From Chloroflexota bacterium (GTDB lineage: Bacteria > Chloroflexota > UBA11872): DNA of 64,000 nucleotides. Of this stretch, positions 58,256-64,000 are shown in pieces. The position numbers and the translations under genes are program-made. The first letter of the stretch is position 1, and each line of letters begins with the position of its first letter. Location of the stretch: assembly GCA_022821645.1 (NCBI GenBank), contig JAJEDE010000022.1, positions 174,564 to 238,563 on the forward strand, given 5' to 3'. Below the pieces are notes generated by a model. It was not told the DNA's origin and did not search any database. It worked only from the letters and a program-made list of their open reading frames with translations.

Positions 58256-59410
58256 TCAGCTAACGCTGATCGTGATCCCGATGGCCTGGGCGGCACTCAC
58301 GATCGTGTCCGTCTGGTCCTCCAGAGCCTTGATGGTCTCCAGCACCGACGCACGACCGGCCTCGGCGTCCGAAACCCCCCCGCCCAGGTGCCGGTCGAAC
58401 GGCGACGGAATCACGGTCGCCAGGTACACGCTGCGCTCGATCTGCGAGGACAGCATGTCGGCCGTTTCCGGATCGTCGGCGGCAATCAAGTCGTTGATGC
58501 CGGGCCCGGACAGGCCGCCGAAGTCACCCTGGTAGACCATCTGGATACCCAGCGCATTGCCCACGATGTCGGCCACGGTGTTGTCCGAGAAGCACGAATG
58601 CTCGTCTTCCTGCGAGCGCTCCTCGTAGGCCACCGTCATCCGCTCGCCCGCCAGCTCACCGCGGCTCAACTCGCCGATGCCGGTGATGATTCGCCGTAGC
58701 GCTTCATCCGTGCTCACCGAGAGGAACGCCGCTCGGTAATTCCCGGCCTGCGCCGGCGCCCAGGCGTCCACCATGTCCTTCAGGTGCGCGACCAGCACGT
58801 CCGAAGCCACCGCCAGGTACGTGGAGCGGCGGTCGGCGTTGCTCGCCGTGGTGAAGTCTTCCACCGGGCGGGCGCCGGGACCCACCGCGCTCAGGTCCTG
58901 CCCCCACAGCAGAAACTCGATGGCGTGCCAGCCGGTGGAAACGTTCTCCTCGCCGCCCTCTTCATTCAGAGAGACGATCAGGCTGGCATTGATCACCGGA
59001 AACTCCGACGGGTTGTTGATGATGCCTGCAGACGGATTGCCTTCGACGTAGTCGATATACGCCTCGTCCAGCGGCCACGCGTTGATCAGCCCCTCGGGGC
59101 CGGTGTCCGGATGGTCGATCGGTCCGTCGTAAAAGCGGAAGGCCTCCGTTGGCCCATAGTCGTCGCGCGCCTTCAGCCAGGCTCGCTTCGCGCCCTCCAG
59201 CGTCGCGGGCGTCGGATCCGCCAGGAATGCGTCAATGGCGCTGTCCAGGACCGTGGCCGACCGCAGACTCTTCGAATACAGGAAATGCACGCCATTGGCG
59301 TAGTTGGTCACCACGTCCTGCTTCAGGTCGTCAGACGGCCCGCTTTCACCGCAGGCCGCCAGCGCCAGGCCCAGCAACCCCGCGCAAACGAGCAACGCGA
59401 TCCGTTTCAC
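58256..59410 (-). CDS. imelysin / iron-regulated protein A (IrpA-like) lipoprotein
   Basis: Lipobox LAA|C; TEAFRFY, INAWPLDE, TGWHAIEFLLWGQD (GxHxxE), EDEHSCFSDNT. Confidence 0.92.
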   Translation of the reverse strand: MKRIALLVCAGLLGLALAACGESGPSDDLKQDVVTNYANGVHFLYSKSLRSATVLDSAIDAFLADPTPATLEGAKRAWLKARDDYGPTEAFRFYDGPIDHPDTGPEGLINAWPLDEAYIDYVEGNPSAGIINNPSEFPVINASLIVSLNEEGGEENVSTGWHAIEFLLWGQDLSAVGPGARPVEDFTTASNADRRSTYLAVASDVLVAHLKDMVDAWAPAQAGNYRAAFLSVSTDEALRRIITGIGELSRGELAGERMTVAYEERSQEDEHSCFSDNTVADIVGNALGIQMVYQGDFGGLSGPGINDLIAADDPETADMLSSQIERSVYLATVIPSPFDRHLGGGVSDAEAGRASVLETIKALEDQTDTIVSAAQAIGITISVS

Positions 59411-59507
59411 TTCAGCCCTCCAAGCGCCGAGCGACCCGAGCGTGAATTGCCACACAACCGAATTAGCCCACGCTCACCACAAGCCTTAGGCTCAGCGCAT
59501 ATAAATC

Positions 59508-59521
59508 TTAGTACATGCTAA
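59508..59521. promoter_or_regulatory. putative DtxR/IdeR/MntR-family operator
   Basis: TTAG-TACATG-CTAA palindrome about 100 nt upstream of the imelysin start; weaker TTAG-N6-CTCA at 59463. Confidence 0.5.
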
Positions 59522-59572
59522 CCCCGCCCCGCCAAACCAATTCCACCCCATCTCCCCCACACCTCATCCTCT

Positions 59573-59668
59573 CCGCTCTCACTTCTCTCCCCTCTCCCCT
59601 CTCCCCTTCCCCACCCCCCGCTCGTGCTCAGCCGGGCCGGAGTCCCTCAAAGGCCCGCGTCGAACCAC
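59573..59668 (+). repeat. pyrimidine tract plus REP-like repeat, copy C
   Basis: CCGCTCTCACTTCTC..CCCCTTCCCC then CCCGCTCGTGCTCAGC..GTCGAACCAC. Confidence 0.65.
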
Positions 59669-59803
59669 CCAGCCACGCGCACCCACGCCACCTCCGCCAT
59701 CCCGGCGTCCTCAGCCGGGACCCAGCACCGTGATCGATCCCAGCCCACCCAAGCCACCCCGTTCTCCTAGCCTCCCGAGCCCCTCTCCCCCTCCCCATTC
59801 CCC

Positions 59804-59892
59804 CCGCTCTCACTTCTCGCCCCTCTCCCCTCTCCCCTTCCCCGTTCGTGGTGAGCCGGTCCGTAGTCCCCGGAGGACCGTGTCGAACCACA
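59804..59892 (+). repeat. pyrimidine tract plus REP-like repeat, copy D
   Basis: Direct repeat of copy C; CCCGTTCGTGGTGAGC..GTGTCGAACCAC. Confidence 0.7.
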
Positions 59893-59997
59893 CCCCTGGA
59901 TTCAGCACCCAAGCTCTCTCCCTCTCACTCCTCGTCCCTCTCACCTCTCCCCTTCCTCCCGCGCTATCCTGATTCCAAGCACAGCGAGGCACACCGC

Positions 59998-60234
59998 ATG
60001 GCAACCACCGTCGAAACGCGGCCCGACTGGCTGCCCGACGAATACGAACACATCGAACTGACGCCGGAAGAGGTCCGGCAGGCGTTGGACCAGGAAGCGC
60101 GTCGACTCTTCGGCCTGTCGGCCGACGAATTCCTCGCGATCTATCGGAATCCGCCGGAGCATTTTCACGGCGACCCGGTCTTCCGGTCCCTGACCTACCT
60201 CGCGTTTCTCATTGCCGAGCCGAGCGACACGTAG
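59998..60234 (+). CDS. small acidic protein, probable antitoxin
   Basis: GAGG RBS; 78 aa; LDQEARRLFGLSADEFL; overlaps the next gene by 23 nt. Confidence 0.65.
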   Translation: MATTVETRPDWLPDEYEHIELTPEEVRQALDQEARRLFGLSADEFLAIYRNPPEHFHGDPVFRSLTYLAFLIAEPSDT

Positions 60235-60811
60235 CAATCGGAGGGCCGTTCGAGCCTTTCTGGACCAAATTCGCGAGGTCTACAAGGTGGTCGCGGCTTC
60301 GGAACTCGGCGACGTGTGGACACGCCCTGACCGGGTGATCGTCGGCCATCACATGGCCCCGCCTTCATATCGCGGGCAGCCGGCGCTGCTCAGCAACGGG
60401 ATGTACCTGAACGTTCGGATTGCCCTGCAGGTAATCCGCAACCCGGTCCATCTGGTAACGCTGGCGGCCACGTTCACCTACCAGGCCGGAGACAGCCTTG
60501 ACGACCCGCGCCCGGTATTCGAGTACCACTACGACAGAGATTCCCAATCCGGCTACCCCCGCTGCCACCTGCATGTACACGCCGAACCGCCGCACTACAC
60601 AGTCGAGCGATCATTCTCTCGGCTCCATCTGCCCACCCGCCGGCTCACCCTCGAACAGATCGTCTGGCACCTGATCCAGGAACACGGCGTCCAACCCCGC
60701 CGCGACGACTGGCACCAGGTCCTCTGGCGACACGAGACCTGGTTCCGGGACATCCAGCGCGACAAGCCCTGGCCCTACGACCCACCCTTCGATCCGCCTC
60801 GAACCGACTGA
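60212..60811 (+). CDS. probable toxin, DUF6516/TumE-like
   Basis: FEYHYDR..YPRCHLHV..LHLPTRRLTLEQIV His-rich pattern; paired with a small upstream ORF. Confidence 0.55.
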   Translation: MPSRATRSNRRAVRAFLDQIREVYKVVAASELGDVWTRPDRVIVGHHMAPPSYRGQPALLSNGMYLNVRIALQVIRNPVHLVTLAATFTYQAGDSLDDPRPVFEYHYDRDSQSGYPRCHLHVHAEPPHYTVERSFSRLHLPTRRLTLEQIVWHLIQEHGVQPRRDDWHQVLWRHETWFRDIQRDKPWPYDPPFDPPRTD

Positions 60812-60898
60812 AATGCGGCGGCCAGCCAAGGGTTACGCTGGTAACAACTCGTCGACACCCCAGATAGATGGAGGCTCGCCGTCGCTCAGGAAATAAGC

Positions 60899-61546
60899 GT
60901 GTACGAGGGCATCTACGCCCCGCCCACTGCGGCCCGCTACCTGCTGGCCGCGTGCGCGGCCGACCGTGCGTACCCGGTGACTTCACGCCACCTGATCCGC
61001 TGGATCCGCAAGGGCCTGGCGCACCCCGACCTCGCGGATGTTCCGGGCCGGGACCTGACCATCGCGTTCCACGACCTGGTCTCAATGCGCGTCATCGCGG
61101 CCCTGCGTGCGGCCGGCGTCACCTGGCCGCGCATCCACGCCGCCGAGACTTGGCTGCGTCGGCACACCGGCCAGCAGCGGCCCTTCGCCACCGAACAGCT
61201 ATGGACCGACCACTCCGACGTGCTGTCGGACTTCGGCGATCGACTCATCGCCGCCAGCCGGCACGGACAACTCGCCATGTCCATCGTCAAGGACTACCTG
61301 ATACCCGTCAGCGGCTTGAGGTTCACCGATCAGATCGCCGCCAGTTGGTCGCCGCAACCCGGCGTCGTGCTCGATCCGGCCGTCCAATTCGGCGAACCCT
61401 GCATCCAACACACCCGCATCCCCACCAGCGCCCTCGCCAGCCTCATACGCGGCGGCGACCCGCCAGACCTCGTGGCACGCTCCTACGGAATTACTCCCGA
61501 AGAACTGACGTCCGCCCTGCGCTGGGAGCAAAAAATCGCCGCCTGA
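60899..61546 (+). CDS. HTH plus DUF433 domain antitoxin
   Basis: LIRWIRKG, FHDLVSMRVI, LDPAVQFGEPCIQHTRIPT..ALRWE. Confidence 0.88.
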   Translation: MYEGIYAPPTAARYLLAACAADRAYPVTSRHLIRWIRKGLAHPDLADVPGRDLTIAFHDLVSMRVIAALRAAGVTWPRIHAAETWLRRHTGQQRPFATEQLWTDHSDVLSDFGDRLIAASRHGQLAMSIVKDYLIPVSGLRFTDQIAASWSPQPGVVLDPAVQFGEPCIQHTRIPTSALASLIRGGDPPDLVARSYGITPEELTSALRWEQKIAA

Positions 61547-61574
61547 CCATCCACTTCAACCCGGCGGCGAGCCC

Positions 61575-61988
61575 CTGCTCGTCGTTGACGAGTCGCTGAG
61601 CCCGAATGTGGGCAATGCGCTCCAACTCGTCGGATACCCCACAACGCTTGTTCGCGACATCGCTGAGTTCGCAGGTGTCGTCGGCGTCAAGGACGAACAA
61701 CTCATCCCGTGGATGGGCGACCAGAACGCCGTTTGGATCCACGCCGACGACGAGGCCAAGCGCCGACACCGAAAACTGCTCGTGGCCCACGAAATCCGAA
61801 CGCTCTGGGTCCGCCGCCCCAAGCAAGGAATGAACAGCCGTCAACAGCTACGGATGCTCAGCTACGTGCTCGACGACTTCCTCCAACGCCTCCAAGACCA
61901 ACCGCGCACCCGCCACTACGAACTCACCACCCACGGCGCTCCCGGCAAAACTCGCATCCGCCTCAAGCCCTTCGAACTCAGAACCTGA
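61575..61988 (+). CDS. PIN-like toxin (DUF5615/VapC45-like); start upstream of the track ORF
   Basis: In-frame LLVVDESLS precedes GTG 61608; GVKDEQLI..WIHAD; follows the DUF433 gene. Confidence 0.75.
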   Translation: MLVVDESLSPNVGNALQLVGYPTTLVRDIAEFAGVVGVKDEQLIPWMGDQNAVWIHADDEAKRRHRKLLVAHEIRTLWVRRPKQGMNSRQQLRMLSYVLDDFLQRLQDQPRTRHYELTTHGAPGKTRIRLKPFELRT

Positions 61989-61995
61989 TCGACCA

Positions 61996-62167
61996 CGCCG
62001 GCTCACCCTCGAGCAGACCATCTGGCACCTGATCCAGGAACCGGCGTCCAACCCCGTCGTCCCGACTGACGCCAGGTCCTCTGGCACCACAAAACCCGCT
62101 TCCGCGACACCCAACGCCACGCCGCAGGCCTTACGACCCACCCTTCGATCCGCCCGTGAATAGCTGA
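61996..62167 (+). pseudogene. degenerate duplicate of the 3' end of the 60212-60811 gene
   Basis: Aligns to 60638-60811 (CGCCGGCTCACCCTCGA..TACGACCCACCCTTCGATCCGCC) with a 1-nt deletion and TGG>TGA. Confidence 0.8.
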
Positions 62168-62384
62168 GACTCACCAAGTGGCCCCAACCGTCGGCACGCG
62201 GTCCGACTGGCGACCCGTCGAATTTCGAACATAGGCAGATCAGGGGCCTGGAGGTCCGGGGAGCGAATTGAATCCGAGACGTGCACTGCCGGCTCGTCTC
62301 GCCCCGGGCATCGCATCGACGCACTGCAAAGTCGACCGCACGCTAGACGTATCATGCCCGCGCCAACAGTGAGGGCGGATCACG

Positions 62385-64000
62385 ATGGCTAGGCGCGAGG
62401 GATGCGATGCGGTCTACGACGCCGCCCAGCGGTGGGTAGACGTTGCCCTTCGCAAGGACAACTCACTCTTAACACCCGGCCAACCCATCTGGTCGCTGCA
62501 CAACCTCAACGACTTCCACAGGCGCTTCGTTGGGCAGCCCAATACTCCAGGCAGCGGGTTCTTTGAGAGCTTCGAATCGCAGCTCGCCGAAGCACCTCAC
62601 GAGACAATCCAACTCGCCGCCGAAATCCTCTACGTCCACTATCTGATTGCGGCTCCTCCCGCGATAAGCGGCGGGAACAAGCGAGAACGCATCGGCCAGG
62701 TTCTTGGCTGGTCTAAACCCGCCATATCTATTCCCAGTGACCTTGACTCGGTTCTGGATACCGGCGTCTTATTTCCTGGACCTAACTTTGGGGCCGACAA
62801 ACCAGCGCACATTCAATTGATCACAGAGTTCGTGATGTACTGGAAAAGACAGCCTGCGAATCGACAGTCTCTAGCTCTCGATGATCCTTGGACCTTCAAA
62901 GACGAATTCAAATCAGTAGTAGTCCCGAGAGCAGGCTTGCAGGCGGAAGCCGTACTGCACCTGATTTATCCTGATACATTCGAACCCATTGTGTCGAGAA
63001 ATCAGAAGATGAGCCTTCAGAAGTCCTATGAGACTCTCCTCAAATCGCCGACGGGAGACATTGACCGCGATCTGCTGGACATTCGCCGACGCCTGAGCGG
63101 ACAGGCCGAGCACTATAAGGACGGCTTTGACTTCTACTCCGATGACGTGAGGTTTACTTGGTCTCCTGACGTGTCGCCTTGGGACCGATTTATCGGCTGG
63201 GGAAGTCGCTTTGTCAATCTTCCATCTTTCGATAAATGGGAGCGAGACTATAAGCTTGATACTGCGAATCGCCTCGAGCAGGCGCGACATGCGATCGAGC
63301 ATGCGTCAGATGACTGGCTGACAATTCTGAATCGAGCTTTCAAAAAGAAAAACAATCTAGTTCATTACATAACTCATTCCAGATTCAGTATCTGGTGCTC
63401 TCAAAACAGAAAGGAAGCACGCGAAGCGCTGCTAGCACTTTGGGGAGACGAAAGAAACTGGATCAGTAAAGAGAGCGCGTCTGTAGCAATCGGAGACTTC
63501 CTAGAGCAAGTTCCCGCAGACTCTCCTCAAGGGAAAGGCACTCGGGTAACCCTTGCATCATTCTTGGCAATGTCTATCGATCCACTTGTATTTCCACCAT
63601 ATCAGACCACGACATTCGAACATGGATACGATCTGACAGTATTCCCATATCCTGACAAGTCTGCATCAGAAAGCGTCATCTATGAGCATTTTCTGTCCTT
63701 CCTTGACCGGATTCTATCCGAGGCAGGAAAGCGCAAGCTTGAGCTGCGCGACCGCTTGGATGCCCAGTCGATGCTTTGGTCTGTCATCAACTGGACGACC
63801 GAGGATCACCCAGATTTCCCGGAGTCTGAGCGCGACGCCCTTCGGCGGTTCCGCGAAGCCGAAAACCTCGGATCTTCACGTCCGCTGACATTCGCAGAGC
63901 CGATCGCGAACCAGGCATTCACTCAGAACAGCTTCATCCCGACTTTGTATCTGCCCGAGGCCAGCGGCGGCAGCGGAGCGCTGACCTACACGCTGACGCC
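62385..64000 (+). CDS. McrB-like restriction protein N-terminal region, 3'-truncated by the window edge (not in ORF track)
   Basis: Frame read open from ATG 62385 to the end; DNSLLTPGQPIW, QLAAEILYVHYL, LHLIYPDTFEPIVS, ERDYK, LRDRLDAQS resemble N-terminal domains of McrB-family proteins; AAA domain not visible; lower GC. Confidence 0.65.
   Translation, partial: MARREGCDAVYDAAQRWVDVALRKDNSLLTPGQPIWSLHNLNDFHRRFVGQPNTPGSGFFESFESQLAEAPHETIQLAAEILYVHYLIAAPPAISGGNKRERIGQVLGWSKPAISIPSDLDSVLDTGVLFPGPNFGADKPAHIQLITEFVMYWKRQPANRQSLALDDPWTFKDEFKSVVVPRAGLQAEAVLHLIYPDTFEPIVSRNQKMSLQKSYETLLKSPTGDIDRDLLDIRRRLSGQAEHYKDGFDFYSDDVRFTWSPDVSPWDRFIGWGSRFVNLPSFDKWERDYKLDTANRLEQARHAIEHASDDWLTILNRAFKKKNNLVHYITHSRFSIWCSQNRKEAREALLALWGDERNWISKESASVAIGDFLEQVPADSPQGKGTRVTLASFLAMSIDPLVFPPYQTTTFEHGYDLTVFPYPDKSASESVIYEHFLSFLDRILSEAGKRKLELRDRLDAQSMLWSVINWTTEDHPDFPESERDALRRFREAENLGSSRPLTFAEPIANQAFTQNSFIPTLYLPEASGGSGALTYTLT

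Noticed and set aside
59520-59970. CRISPR array
   Set aside because: Only two or three degenerate low-complexity units with no regular repeat-spacer period, and no cas genes.

Overview
GC-rich bacterial chromosomal window (lineage not determinable; gene content and repeat style would fit a monoderm such as Chloroflexota, which is an inference). 1-32 kb is mostly catabolic and housekeeping genes: PLP desulfhydrase, GT4, heparinase II/III-like lyase, sugar ABC permeases, oxidoreductases, D-aminoacylase, S9 peptidase, a glmS-ftsB-dut-tilS-ftsH cluster and a two-component trio. It also holds one DUF3800 gene preceded by a promoter / structured ~110-nt RNA / terminator unit, the most striking candidate system here. 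33-64 kb is accessory and defence-rich: a two-methyltransferase restriction-modification island, five intact type II toxin-antitoxin pairs (BrnTA, two AbrB-VapC, ParDE, FitAB-like), two further probable pairs and two TA pseudogene relics. It also carries a Schlafen/AlbA_2-HATPase protein, an iron/heme locus (hemH, MFS, vitamin-K-carboxylase-like HTTM protein, imelysin / di-heme protein / imelysin with a DtxR-like box), REP-like repeats and a MITE-like element. An McrB-like ORF with a probable Ig-like segment runs off the right edge and is absent from the ORF track. No rRNA, tRNA, CRISPR array, integrase or transposase was recognised. All family calls come from motif recognition by eye, not database searches.
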